A stretch of DNA of 64,000 bases. Origin: an uncultured Actinomycetota bacterium. Lineage in GTDB: Bacteria; Actinomycetota; Actinomycetes; Propionibacteriales; Nocardioidaceae. The stretch is taken from contig CAWDAO010000007.1 in assembly GCA_963800305.1 (NCBI GenBank), forward strand, positions 28,683 to 92,682. Reading direction: 5' to 3'. The notes below the pieces were generated by a model. The model made no database searches. It had not been told where the DNA came from and was given only the letters and a program-made list of their open reading frames with translations. Shown here one piece after another: positions 20,469 through 30,011 of this stretch. Position 1 is the stretch's first letter; every line of letters begins with the position of its first letter. The translations under genes were made by a program, and so were the position numbers.

Positions 20469-23174
20469 ATGACCAGCCAGCCCATCCCCACGTCCTTCGT
20501 CTCGGCGTTCTCCGAGGGCCACAGGGACCTCAAGGATCTGCTCGGCGGCAAGGGCGCCAATCTCGCGGAGATGACTGCCCTAGGCCTACCGGTCCCCCCG
20601 GGCTTCACCATCACCACCGAAGCCTGCCGCGCCTACTTTGCGGCGGGCCACGAGCCCGAGGGGCTCGACGAGGAGATCACCACTCACCTCCGCCAGCTCG
20701 AGCAGGCCATCGGCCGCGAACTGGGCGACGAGGAGGACCCGCTGCTGGTCTCGGTCCGGTCCGGCGCCAAGTTCTCCATGCCCGGGATGATGGAGACGGT
20801 CCTCAACATCGGGCTCAACGACGCCTCGGTGCGTGGTCTGGCCGCTCGCAGTGGTGACGAGCGCTTCGCCCTGGACTCCTACCGTCGGCTGCTGCAGATG
20901 TTCGGCGCGACCGTCCTGGGCGTGGACGCCGCGGTCTTCACCGAGGCTCTCGACGCGGCCAAGCACCGGCGGGGCAGCACCGACGACCTGGACCTCGACG
21001 TCGACGATCTACAGGAGTTGGTAGCGACCTACCACCGGCTGATCGTCGAGCACGCCGGCGTCGAGTTCCCCCAAGACCCCCGTGAGCAACTGAGGCTGGC
21101 CGTGCGCGCGGTCTTCGACTCCTGGACTACCGACCGGGCCCGCGTCTACCGGCAGCGCGAACAGATTCCCGACGATCTCGGTACGGCGGTCACCATCCAG
21201 GCGATGGTCTTCGGCAACCGAGGCCTGACCTCCGGCTCAGGGGTCTGCTTCACCCGCGACCCCGCCTCGGGTCGTCAGGGGGTCTACGGCGACTACCTAC
21301 GTAACGCGCAGGGCGAGGACGTGGTGGCCGGGATCCGCAATACCCTGCCGCTCGCTGCGCTCGAGGATCTCGACCAGACGTCATACGACGCACTGATAGG
21401 GAACCTCGAGACCCTCGAGAACCACTATCGCGATATGTGCGATGTCGAGTTCACTATCGAGGAGGGCACCTTATGGATGCTTCAGACTCGGGTGGGCAAG
21501 CGAACCCCCGAGGCGGCCTTCCGGATCGCCCACGGAATGCTCGACGAGGGCCTGATCGACGCCGACGAGGCCCTGCGGCGGGTCTCCGGCGGTCAGCTGG
21601 CCCAATTGATGTTCCCCAGCTTCGACGTGAGCTCCGAGCGTGACCTGCTCGCCACCGGCATGAACGCCTCGCCCGGCGCGGCCGTCGGTCGAGCGGTGTT
21701 CGACTCTGCCACCGCCGTCGAGTGGGCCGCCCGGGGCGAGGAGGTCATCCTGGTCCGCCGGGAAACCACGCCGGACGACTTGCGCGGCATGGTCGCCGCC
21801 CGCGGGATCCTCACCAGTCGTGGCGGTAAGACCTCGCACGCCGCCGTGGTGGCCCGCGGGATGGGGCGTACCTGCGTCTGCGGAGCCGAGGCGCTCGAGG
21901 TCCACGAGCGCAGTTTCGTGGTCCGGGACGGGATCGAGGTCACCGAAGGTGACCTGATCTCGATCGACGGCACTACCGGCGAGGTATTCCACGGCGCCGT
22001 GCCGGTCAGCGACTCCAGCCTCGTGCGTCACCTCGAGGGCGAGGAGGTCGAGGACGACCTCGTGGTCGCCGTTGCCCGGCTGCTGCGCCACGCCGACGTC
22101 GTCCGTCGGCTGGGGGTGCGCACCAACGCCGACACCCCCGAGGACACCGCAAGGGCGCTGAGGTTCGGAGCACAGGGCGTGGGCCTGTGCCGCACCGAGC
22201 ACATGTTCCTCGGTGAGCGTCGCGAGCTCGTCGAGGATCTGATCCTCGCCGACGACGACGCCTCGCACGAGGAGGCTCTGGACGGCCTCTTCCCGCTGCA
22301 GCGTCAGGACTTCGTGGAGATCCTGCGGGCCGCCGGGGAACGACCCGTGACGATCCGGCTGATCGATCCGCCGCTGCACGAGTTCCTGCCCGATCTGACC
22401 GACCTGTCGGTGCGGGTCGCCCTCGAGGACGACCACGGACGCACCGACACGCGACACCACCGGCTGCTCGACGCGGTGCAGCGGCTGCACGAGCAGAATC
22501 CGATGATCGGCCTGCGCGGGGTCCGGCTGGGGATCGTCATCCCGGGCCTGATCCGGATGCAGACGCGCGCGATCATCGAGGCCGCCGCCGACATCATCGA
22601 AGCGGGCGGCAAGCCGCAGCCCGAGATCATGGTGCCTCTGGTGGCCACTCGGCGAGAGCTGGCCCGAGCCCGGGAGGAGCTGACCGACGTCGCCGCCAAG
22701 GTGCAGGACGAGCGCGGGGTCGTCGTACCCCATCGGATCGGAACGATGATCGAGCTGCCGCGCGCGGCGGTCACCGCCGACCACATCGCCCCGTTGGCGG
22801 AGTTCTTCTCCTTCGGGACCAACGACCTGACCCAGATGACCTGGGGCTTCTCGCGGGACGACGTCGAGTCCTCGTTCTTCTCCACCTATCTCGAGCAGCG
22901 CATCTTCCCGGCCTCGCCCTTCGAGACCATCGACGTCGACGGGGTCGGCGCCCTGATGCGCACCGCGATCGAGCTCGGTCGCCGAGTCCGGCCAGAGCTG
23001 CACCTGGGGGTCTGCGGCGAGCACGGCGGCGACCCGGCCTCGATCCACTTCTTCGACGATCTGGGCCTCGACTACGTCTCATGCTCGCCCTTCCGCGTGC
23101 CCGTGGCGCGCCTGGAGGCCGGTCGTTCCGAGATACGCCGACGCGCCGAGGCGGTGGGCCGGAAAGGGGGCTGA
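20469..23174 (+). CDS. ppdK: Pyruvate, phosphate dikinase
   Basis: LLGGKGANLAEM, SVRSGAKFSMPGMM, GGKTSHAAVVAR, GLCRTEHMF, GVCGEHGGDP, YVSCSPFRVP. Confidence 0.96.
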   Translation: MTSQPIPTSFVSAFSEGHRDLKDLLGGKGANLAEMTALGLPVPPGFTITTEACRAYFAAGHEPEGLDEEITTHLRQLEQAIGRELGDEEDPLLVSVRSGAKFSMPGMMETVLNIGLNDASVRGLAARSGDERFALDSYRRLLQMFGATVLGVDAAVFTEALDAAKHRRGSTDDLDLDVDDLQELVATYHRLIVEHAGVEFPQDPREQLRLAVRAVFDSWTTDRARVYRQREQIPDDLGTAVTIQAMVFGNRGLTSGSGVCFTRDPASGRQGVYGDYLRNAQGEDVVAGIRNTLPLAALEDLDQTSYDALIGNLETLENHYRDMCDVEFTIEEGTLWMLQTRVGKRTPEAAFRIAHGMLDEGLIDADEALRRVSGGQLAQLMFPSFDVSSERDLLATGMNASPGAAVGRAVFDSATAVEWAARGEEVILVRRETTPDDLRGMVAARGILTSRGGKTSHAAVVARGMGRTCVCGAEALEVHERSFVVRDGIEVTEGDLISIDGTTGEVFHGAVPVSDSSLVRHLEGEEVEDDLVVAVARLLRHADVVRRLGVRTNADTPEDTARALRFGAQGVGLCRTEHMFLGERRELVEDLILADDDASHEEALDGLFPLQRQDFVEILRAAGERPVTIRLIDPPLHEFLPDLTDLSVRVALEDDHGRTDTRHHRLLDAVQRLHEQNPMIGLRGVRLGIVIPGLIRMQTRAIIEAAADIIEAGGKPQPEIMVPLVATRRELARAREELTDVAAKVQDERGVVVPHRIGTMIELPRAAVTADHIAPLAEFFSFGTNDLTQMTWGFSRDDVESSFFSTYLEQRIFPASPFETIDVDGVGALMRTAIELGRRVRPELHLGVCGEHGGDPASIHFFDDLGLDYVSCSPFRVPVARLEAGRSEIRRRAEAVGRKGG

Positions 23175-23217
23175 ACCAGCGCCGAAGCACCTCCCACCCC
23201 GAGGCTACGCGACTCAA

Positions 23218-23245
23218 TGTCGGTGGTCGGTGCTTGAGTGGTCTT
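23218..23245 (+). promoter_or_regulatory. Possible PafBC/RecA-NDp-type promoter in front of a truncated 31-aa ORF (23246-23341)
   Basis: TGTCGG-N10-TTGAGT-N6-ATG; the consensus is TGTCGG-N10-TANNNT, so the -10 is off by one base. Confidence 0.4.
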
Positions 23246-23427
23246 ATGACCGAGCAGCCTTTCAACTCCGCTGATCAGCCGGTGTCGCCTGATGCCTTGG
23301 CGGTGGCCGTTCGTGGCCGAGTTCTCGATCATGGAATTTGATGCGGCGCTCGGGATGTCGACCGATGGTGGTCGGCCACCGCGGGACTTCGACGTCGGAC
23401 CCACCCGTGGCCCAGCCAGGTCCGACC

Positions 23428-24726
23428 TCAACGCAGCGGGGTACGGCTGCGATCCGGGGTGAGCCCCAGCGCGAGCAGAGCAACGGCTCCGGCGACCGCC
23501 ATGTAGAGCGCGGGGATCGTCACCAGCCCCGTAGCGGCGATCAGGCTGGTGACCACCATCGGAGTGAGTCCGCCGAAGACGCCGAGGCCGAGGTTGAAAG
23601 CCACCGAGTAGCCAGACAATCGGTCGCTTTGGGGAAACATCTCCACGAAGAGCGCCGGTGCCGAGCCGAGCGGCACGGACAACAGGGCGAAGGCGATCGC
23701 GTGGGTCGCCACCACCGACGCCATCGAACCGCCCGAGGCCGCCATCCACCCGTACAGGGGCCAAGCACCGAGGGCAAGGGCAAGGAACGACAGCGCGATC
23801 CAGGCGCGCCTCGGCAGGAAGCGGTCGCCGACGATCGCCAGCAGCGGCATCGCGGGGATCACCAGGAGCATCATCGCGGCGTTGATCGCCAACGCTGTGC
23901 CGCGGTCCATCAGCCCCTGCCCCGAGAGCCATTCCGGCAGGTAGACGAACGCCAGATAGAAGCAGGCACCGTAGGCCGAGGCGAATGCGACCGCCAGAAG
24001 GGTCTCTCGGCGGTTGGTGGTGAACGCCTGCAGCAGCGGTGAGGTGGTATCGCGCCCGACGTGGTGAGCAGCGAAGCTCTCGGAGTTGTGCAGGTCGCGC
24101 CGGATCAAGATCGCAGCGACGCCAAGAAGCGCGCCCCCCCAGAAGGGAATACGCCACGCCCAGTTCGACAGCGTGTCGGCGTCGAAGGCGCTGGTGACGA
24201 GGGCCGCTGCCCCGACCCCGAGCAGCGACCCCGTCATCGACCCGATGTTGGCCCAGCTTCCGGTGAGCCCTCGCTTGCCCTGGGGGGCTGTTTCCACGAG
24301 ATAGGTCGCGGAGGAGGAGAACTCCCCGCCCACGGAGAGCCCCTGCAAGAGCCGCACCAGCACCAGGGAGGCCGGCGCCAAGAGACCGACTTGCGCGTAG
24401 GAGGGCAACACACCGAGCAGCATCGTCGGAATCGCCATCATCGCCACCGAGATCTGCATCGTCCGCGCTCGTCCGTGGCGGTCACCGAACCAACCAAAGA
24501 AGGCCGCCCCGAGCGGACGCATCAGAAAACCCGCCGCGAAGATGCCGTACGTGGCGATCAGCGCAGCGGTCGGGTCGCCGGCCGGGAAGAACACAGGTGC
24601 GATGACCCCGGCGAGGTAGCCGTAGAGAGCGAAGTCGTACCACTCAACGACATTGCCGATGAAGCCGCCCACGATTCGGTGTCGAAGCTGCACCCCCGCG
24701 GGTGCCGCCCGGTGGGGTGTCCTCAT
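23428..24726 (-). CDS. MFS transporter, metabolite:H+ symporter (ProP-like)
   Basis: GNVVEWYDF, FLMRPLG...GDRHGR, RLLQGLSVGGE, WAWRIPF. Confidence 0.9.
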   Translation of the reverse strand: MRTPHRAAPAGVQLRHRIVGGFIGNVVEWYDFALYGYLAGVIAPVFFPAGDPTAALIATYGIFAAGFLMRPLGAAFFGWFGDRHGRARTMQISVAMMAIPTMLLGVLPSYAQVGLLAPASLVLVRLLQGLSVGGEFSSSATYLVETAPQGKRGLTGSWANIGSMTGSLLGVGAAALVTSAFDADTLSNWAWRIPFWGGALLGVAAILIRRDLHNSESFAAHHVGRDTTSPLLQAFTTNRRETLLAVAFASAYGACFYLAFVYLPEWLSGQGLMDRGTALAINAAMMLLVIPAMPLLAIVGDRFLPRRAWIALSFLALALGAWPLYGWMAASGGSMASVVATHAIAFALLSVPLGSAPALFVEMFPQSDRLSGYSVAFNLGLGVFGGLTPMVVTSLIAATGLVTIPALYMAVAGAVALLALGLTPDRSRTPLR

Positions 24727-24846
24727 CCTACGACTCCCTCGCGGCGACGATGCGGCCCGCAACGGGGGCCAGATCGCCCACCCTAGTAGCCCGAGGCGCG
24801 TGCTTGGGGCACGCTACCCCGCAGATTGGCAAGATCCGTTTCGAGC

Positions 24847-25377
24847 TCAGGGCCGCTCGGGCAGGGCCTCGACCTGCATTCGGCACCACGGGCTGATCTC
24901 TCGCCGACCCGATAGCACGGCCTCGCGGAAGGAGGCCCAATCGACCCACTCGTAGGCCTCCACCTCGCTGGGGTCGGGATCGAGGTCATCGGGCTCGGGG
25001 CAGGTGCCGACGAAGACCGGGCAGCACTCGTTCTCCACCGTGCCGTCGTCCATCTCGGCGCGGTAGCGGAAGTCGGGCAGCACCACCCGCAGATCCTCGA
25101 CGAGGGTGCCGAGCTCCTGCTCCATCCGACGGCGTACGGCGTCGGCCACGTCCTCGTCCGGCCCCGGGTGCCCGCAGCAGCTGTTGGTCCAAACCCCCGG
25201 CCAGGTCTTCTTCGACACGGCCCGCTGGGTCAGCAGGAAGCGCCCGGCCGGGTCGAAGAGATAGCAGGAGAAGGCCAGGTGCAGCGGGGTGTCGGTGTGG
25301 TGCACCTCGGACTTCAGCGCCGTGCCGATCGGCTCCCCCGCCTCGTCGAGCAGCACCACCTGCTCCGGCCCACTCAT
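24847..25377 (-). CDS. idi: Isopentenyl-diphosphate delta-isomerase type 1
   Basis: HLAFSCYLF, WPGVWTNSCCGHP, ENECCPVF. Confidence 0.95.
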   Translation of the reverse strand: MSGPEQVVLLDEAGEPIGTALKSEVHHTDTPLHLAFSCYLFDPAGRFLLTQRAVSKKTWPGVWTNSCCGHPGPDEDVADAVRRRMEQELGTLVEDLRVVLPDFRYRAEMDDGTVENECCPVFVGTCPEPDDLDPDPSEVEAYEWVDWASFREAVLSGRREISPWCRMQVEALPERP

Positions 25378-25577
25378 GCCGGCCTCGCCAGCGCGTTGAC
25401 GGCCAGCGGAAACACGCCCAGGACGTGCTGAGCCGCGGCCACGATCCGTCGGCGCACCATCGGCACCCGGGTGGTGTAGACCAGTCTCTCGGTGAGCAGC
25501 TCGTGGCGCCGGACCAAGCGCCGTGCCACCGCGTCGTACCGCTCCGGTTGTCCCTCGGCGTCCGCCATCGGTGTCAC
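25374..25577 (-). pseudogene. Short ORF resembling the C-terminus of an SrsC-like FAD-dependent oxidoreductase
   Basis: GQPERYDAVARRLVRRHELLTERLV...RRRIVAAAQHVLGVFPLAVNALAR; 4-nt overlap with idi; similarity from memory only. Confidence 0.4.
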
Positions 25578-25731
25578 GTAGGCCTCCCCCGCCTCCGCCT
25601 AGTGCACCTCGACGAAGGAGGTCCAGGGAGCCAAGCGGGGCGTGTATACGCTGACCGTACCTCCGGGTCTGTTTCGCTGGCAGGTCCAGTCCGGCCGGCG
25701 CACGCCTTCGCCTCGGTGCCCCGGGTCCGGG

Positions 25732-26205
25732 TCAGCCGTCGACCAGGGCCCGCAGCTCGCGTACCGCGCGTCGGGCCCGCTCGCCGTCCGACCCCTGGAT
25801 CCCCATGGCCGAGACCGTGTGCCCGTCGGCCAGATCGAGGGTCACCCACGGCGCCCCCGGCGGCAGCCGCACCGCGACGATCTGCTCCCAGACCAGCCGG
25901 TGGCGGCGGAAGCCGTTGACGACCACCAGCCCGTCGGGGTGGGCGACGACGCGAGAGCGCACCAGCGCGAAGAGGACGGCGTACCCCAGGGCCACCATGG
26001 CCAACGCCGTGCCCCGCTGGAACAAGGTGACCGACTGCCTGGTCGGCGCATCGAAGCTGAACCACATGGCCACGAAGACCAGCAGCAGCCCGACACCGGC
26101 GACATAGCCGGCGATCCGGGCCCCCAGTGGCCGCCAGACCCGCGGCAAGTCGTGGCCCGACCGCCGCGCACCGGCGGGAAGGTCCGGATCAGAGTCGGCA
26201 GGCAT
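25732..26205 (-). CDS. PH-domain membrane protein
   Basis: Two TM segments, then GLVVVN...W..I...PWVTLDLADG...AMGIQ; usual neighbour of hisG. Confidence 0.8.
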   Translation of the reverse strand: MPADSDPDLPAGARRSGHDLPRVWRPLGARIAGYVAGVGLLLVFVAMWFSFDAPTRQSVTLFQRGTALAMVALGYAVLFALVRSRVVAHPDGLVVVNGFRRHRLVWEQIVAVRLPPGAPWVTLDLADGHTVSAMGIQGSDGERARRAVRELRALVDG

Positions 26206-27055
26206 GGATATCGGTGAGCAGGATGCCGCGAGCGCCCAGGTCGTAGAGCTGGTCCATCAGCCGCTGGGCCCCGTCACGCGGGACCATGGCCCGCACCGCC
26301 ACCCAACCCTGCTTGCGCAGCGGCGAGAGCGTGGGACTCTCGATGCCCGGGGTCAGCGACACTGCGGCCTCGACGTCCTCCTCCTTGATGTCGTAGTCCA
26401 TCATCACGTAGCCCCGCGCCAGCAGCACACCTTGGAGTCGGCGCTTGAAGATCGAGAACTCAGCCGGCTCGGCCCCGGCCCGGGTGATGAGCACGGCCTC
26501 GGAGTCCAAGATCACGTCACCGAAGACCTCCAGTCCGGCCTGCCGCAGAGTGCTGCCGGTCTCCACCACGTCGGCCACGACGTCGGCCACCCCGAGCTTG
26601 ATGCTGTTCTCCACCGCTCCGTCCAGGCGGGTCACGGTGGCCTCGATGCCGCGTTCGGCCAGGAAGGACCGCACCACCCCGACGTAGGAGGTGGCGATCC
26701 GGGTGCCGGAGAGCTCGGAGAGCTCGGTGAAGACGCCGGCCGGCCCGGCGAAGTGGAAGCGGCTGCGGGCGAAGCCGAGGGGCAGCACCTCCTGGGCCTG
26801 GGCTCCGCTGTCGAGCAGCAGGTCCCGGCCGGTGATCCCGGCGTCCAGGGTGCCCTCCCCGACGTAGAGGGCGATGTCCCGCGGACGCAGGTAGAAGAAC
26901 TCGACCCCGTTGTCGTGGTCGACCAGGCGCAGCTCCTTGCCGTCGCTGCGCTGGCGGTAGCCGGACTCGCTGAGGATCTCGATGGCCGACTGGGAGAGCG
27001 AGCCCTTGTTGGGGATCGCGACCCGCACCAGGGGCGTGGTCGTGGTGGCGCTCAT
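26189..27055 (-). CDS. hisG: ATP phosphoribosyltransferase (long form)
   Basis: RVAIPNKGSL, LRPRDIA, GAVE...GVADVVADVVETGSTL. Confidence 0.96.
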   Translation of the reverse strand: MSATTTTPLVRVAIPNKGSLSQSAIEILSESGYRQRSDGKELRLVDHDNGVEFFYLRPRDIALYVGEGTLDAGITGRDLLLDSGAQAQEVLPLGFARSRFHFAGPAGVFTELSELSGTRIATSYVGVVRSFLAERGIEATVTRLDGAVENSIKLGVADVVADVVETGSTLRQAGLEVFGDVILDSEAVLITRAGAEPAEFSIFKRRLQGVLLARGYVMMDYDIKEEDVEAAVSLTPGIESPTLSPLRKQGWVAVRAMVPRDGAQRLMDQLYDLGARGILLTDIHACRL

Positions 27056-27062
27056 GCGGTCC

Positions 27063-27326
27063 TCAGAGGTGGTCATAGACGTCGTCGAGGTCGAGTCCGA
27101 GGGTGAGCATCAGCACCTGGGCGTGGTAGAGCAGCTGGCTGATCTCCTCTGCGGCCCGGTCGGGGCCCTCGTGCTCGGCCGCCATCCAGGCCTCGGCGGC
27201 CTCCTCGACCAGCTTCTTGCCGGTGGTGTGGACTCCGGCGTCGAGCTGGCGCACGGTGCCGCTTCCCTCGGGACGGCGCTGGGCCTTCTCGCTCAGCTCG
27301 GCCCACAGCCCCTCGAACGTCTTCAC
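27063..27326 (-). CDS. hisE: Phosphoribosyl-ATP pyrophosphatase
   Basis: [11 protein letters not shown]...[10 protein letters not shown]...EEISQLLYH. Confidence 0.95.
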   Translation of the reverse strand: MKTFEGLWAELSEKAQRRPEGSGTVRQLDAGVHTTGKKLVEEAAEAWMAAEHEGPDRAAEEISQLLYHAQVLMLTLGLDLDDVYDHL

Positions 27327-27379
27327 GGGGACTCAGCCTAGGCGGTCCCGTACGACGCCTCGCATCGTAGGGTCGCTCC

Positions 27380-29569
27380 ATGCCGACAAGCCGTCAGATC
27401 GTGCAGCGACAGTGCCCGCTCTGCGAGGCGCACTGCGGGATCCGGGTCGAGGTCGAGGACCACCGGGTGCTCCGGATCGAGGGTGACCCCGAGGATGTGC
27501 TGAGCCGCGGCTACCTCTGCCCCAAGGGCACCGCCCTGAAGTCCCTTCACGAGGATCCCGAGCGGCTGCGCACCCCCCTGAAGCGCGTCGGCGAGAAGTT
27601 CGTGGAGATCGGCTGGGACGAGGCCCTGACCTACGCCGGCATGCGACTGCGCGAGATCCGACGCCGGCACGGCCGGGACGCGGTCGGGGCCTACCTGGGC
27701 AACCCGACCGCGCACTCCTCCGCGGTCTTCGCCGTCGAGGCGCTCAAGCGGATCCTGCGCAGCAAGAACATCTTCTCGGCCGCCTCGGTGGACCAGTTCC
27801 CGCAGTATCTCGCCGCCCATCTGATGTTCGGCGACCACACGTTGCTGCCGCTGGTCGACCTCGACCGGACCGATCACCTACTCATCATCGGGGCCAACCC
27901 CGCGGTCTCCAATGGCTCCATCACCACGATGCCCGACGCCCGGACCCGGTTGAAGGCCGTCCGCGCGCGGGGAGGTCGGGTCGTGGTCGTGGATCCGCGG
28001 CGCACCGAGACCGCTCGCCTCGCCGACCAGCACGTCGCCGTACGCCCCGGGTCCGACGTGTACCTGCTGCTGGCCATGCTCCACGTGCTCTTCGCCGAGG
28101 GTCTGACCCGCTGCCCGCCCTGGCTCGCCGGAGTCGAGGAGGTACGCCGTCTGGTCGCCGACTTCCCTGCGGCGCAGGCCGCCGGGCGCTGCGGCATCGA
28201 GGCGGAGGTGATCGACACCCTGGCCCGCGACTTCGCGGGTGCGCCCTCCGCGGTGGCCTACGGACGCCTCGGGGTCTGCCACACCCAGGACGGCACCCTC
28301 GCCGCCTGGCTGATCACCGTGCTCAACGCCGTGACCGGCAACCTCGACCACCCCGGCGGCGCCATGTTCGCCACGCCCCCGGTAGATCTGGGCCGGGTTC
28401 TGCGGATGATCTGGGGACCCTCCAGCCACGACTCCTATCGCAGCCGGGGAGCCGACCTGCCCGACCTCAACGGGGAGCTCCCCCTGGCGGCGCTTTCCGA
28501 CGAGATCACCCGTCCGGGGCCGCGCCAGCTGCGCGGGCTGATCGTCTGCGCCGGCAATCCCGCACTCTCCGCTCCGCACGCCCGGGCCGTCCAGGAGGCG
28601 CTGAGCCGGCTGGACTTCCTGGTCTGCGTCGATCTGTATCTCACCGAGACCTCCCGGCTGGCCGATCTCGTCCTGCCTCCGGTCAGCCAGCTCGAGCGCG
28701 CCGAGCTCGACGTGGTCTTCCCTGCGTTCAGCGTGCGCAACAACGCGCGCTGGTCGCCGCGCGCCGTCGAGCCCCCACCGGAGGGCCGCGAGGACTGGGA
28801 CATCGTGCTGGCTCTGGCCACGGAGCTGTTCGACGGCCCTGCCTCCCGCGTCCTTCGCCGAGCCGTCGCCGCACTGCTGAAGGTCGTCGACGCCCACCGG
28901 GTGGTCGACGCGTTGATCTTCGTGGGGCCCCAGGGTCCGCTGAGCCGCGACTCCTCGGGTCGACGCCGCGGACGCCGGGGCCTCACCGCGGCTCGCGTGC
29001 GGCGCACCCCGGGTGGGGTCGACCTGGGTCCGTTGGAGCCACGGTTGGCGAAGGTGATCCGCACCAAGGACAAACAGGTCCGACTCGCTCCCCCGACCCT
29101 TCTCGCCTCCGCGCGGGCGCTGCCGGTCGAGTCGGCTGCGGTCTCCTCCGAGTTCGACCTCCAGCTGATCGGCCGGCGCCACCTGCGCAGCAACAACTCC
29201 TGGCTGCACAACGTGTCGGCGATGGTGAAGGGTCGCGACCGCTGCACGGCCCTGATGCATCCGCAGGACGTCGAGGCCCGTGGCCTGATCGGAGCCTCCT
29301 CGGTGCGCGTGACGTCACGTGTGGGCTCGATCGAGGTGCCGCTGGAGGTCAGCGAGGAGATCCGTCCGGGCGTGGTCAGCGTCCCCCACGGTTGGGGTCA
29401 CGACCGACCCGACACCGGGTGGAGTACGGCCAAGAAGCACCCCGGTGTCAACGTCAACGTGATCGTCGACTCCGCAATCGTCGACCGCCTCTCGGGCAAC
29501 GCCGCGGTCAACGCCACCCGGGTGCGCGTCACGCAGGCGGGCGAAGATCCTTCAGTGTCTGCGCGGTGA
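27380..29569 (+). CDS. Molybdopterin-dependent oxidoreductase (DMSO reductase superfamily, uncharacterised clade) with N-terminal 4Fe-4S motif
   Basis: CPLCEAHCG...CPKG; [10 protein letters not shown]; DPRRTETA; [13 protein letters not shown]; VPHGWG. Confidence 0.9.
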   Translation: MPTSRQIVQRQCPLCEAHCGIRVEVEDHRVLRIEGDPEDVLSRGYLCPKGTALKSLHEDPERLRTPLKRVGEKFVEIGWDEALTYAGMRLREIRRRHGRDAVGAYLGNPTAHSSAVFAVEALKRILRSKNIFSAASVDQFPQYLAAHLMFGDHTLLPLVDLDRTDHLLIIGANPAVSNGSITTMPDARTRLKAVRARGGRVVVVDPRRTETARLADQHVAVRPGSDVYLLLAMLHVLFAEGLTRCPPWLAGVEEVRRLVADFPAAQAAGRCGIEAEVIDTLARDFAGAPSAVAYGRLGVCHTQDGTLAAWLITVLNAVTGNLDHPGGAMFATPPVDLGRVLRMIWGPSSHDSYRSRGADLPDLNGELPLAALSDEITRPGPRQLRGLIVCAGNPALSAPHARAVQEALSRLDFLVCVDLYLTETSRLADLVLPPVSQLERAELDVVFPAFSVRNNARWSPRAVEPPPEGREDWDIVLALATELFDGPASRVLRRAVAALLKVVDAHRVVDALIFVGPQGPLSRDSSGRRRGRRGLTAARVRRTPGGVDLGPLEPRLAKVIRTKDKQVRLAPPTLLASARALPVESAAVSSEFDLQLIGRRHLRSNNSWLHNVSAMVKGRDRCTALMHPQDVEARGLIGASSVRVTSRVGSIEVPLEVSEEIRPGVVSVPHGWGHDRPDTGWSTAKKHPGVNVNVIVDSAIVDRLSGNAAVNATRVRVTQAGEDPSVSAR

Positions 29570-30011
29570 CGAGGGCGGCCGAGGTCGCCTCGTGGCCCTT
29601 GTCCTCGCTGGACCCCTCCAGTCCGGCCCGGTCCAGGGCCTGGGCCTCGGTGTCGCAGGTGAGGACCCCGAACCCGACCGCCACGGTGTGGTCCAGGGCG
29701 ACCCGCGTCAGCCCGTCGGTGGCCGCCGAGCAGACGTAGTCGAAGTGGGGGGTGCCACCCCGGATCACCACACCGAGTGCGACCACGGCGTCGTACCCGG
29801 AGGCGGCCAGCGCCGAGCAGACCACCGGGAGCTCGAAGGTGCCCGGCACACGGACCACCTCGACGAGGGAGACGGCGTGGTCGTCGCACGCCCGCCGCGC
29901 ACCGGCCAGCAGGCCGTCCATGACCTCGGTGTGCCAGCTCGCGGCCACGATAGCCAGCCGCAGGTCGCTCGCGTCGAAGGTCGACGGGTCGGGGGCTCCC
30001 ACACCACTCAC
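29529..30011 (-). CDS. ribH: 6,7-dimethyl-8-ribityllumazine synthase
   Basis: [23 protein letters not shown]. Confidence 0.95.
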   Translation of the reverse strand: MSGVGAPDPSTFDASDLRLAIVAASWHTEVMDGLLAGARRACDDHAVSLVEVVRVPGTFELPVVCSALAASGYDAVVALGVVIRGGTPHFDYVCSAATDGLTRVALDHTVAVGFGVLTCDTEAQALDRAGLEGSSEDKGHEATSAALVTAQTLKDLRPPA

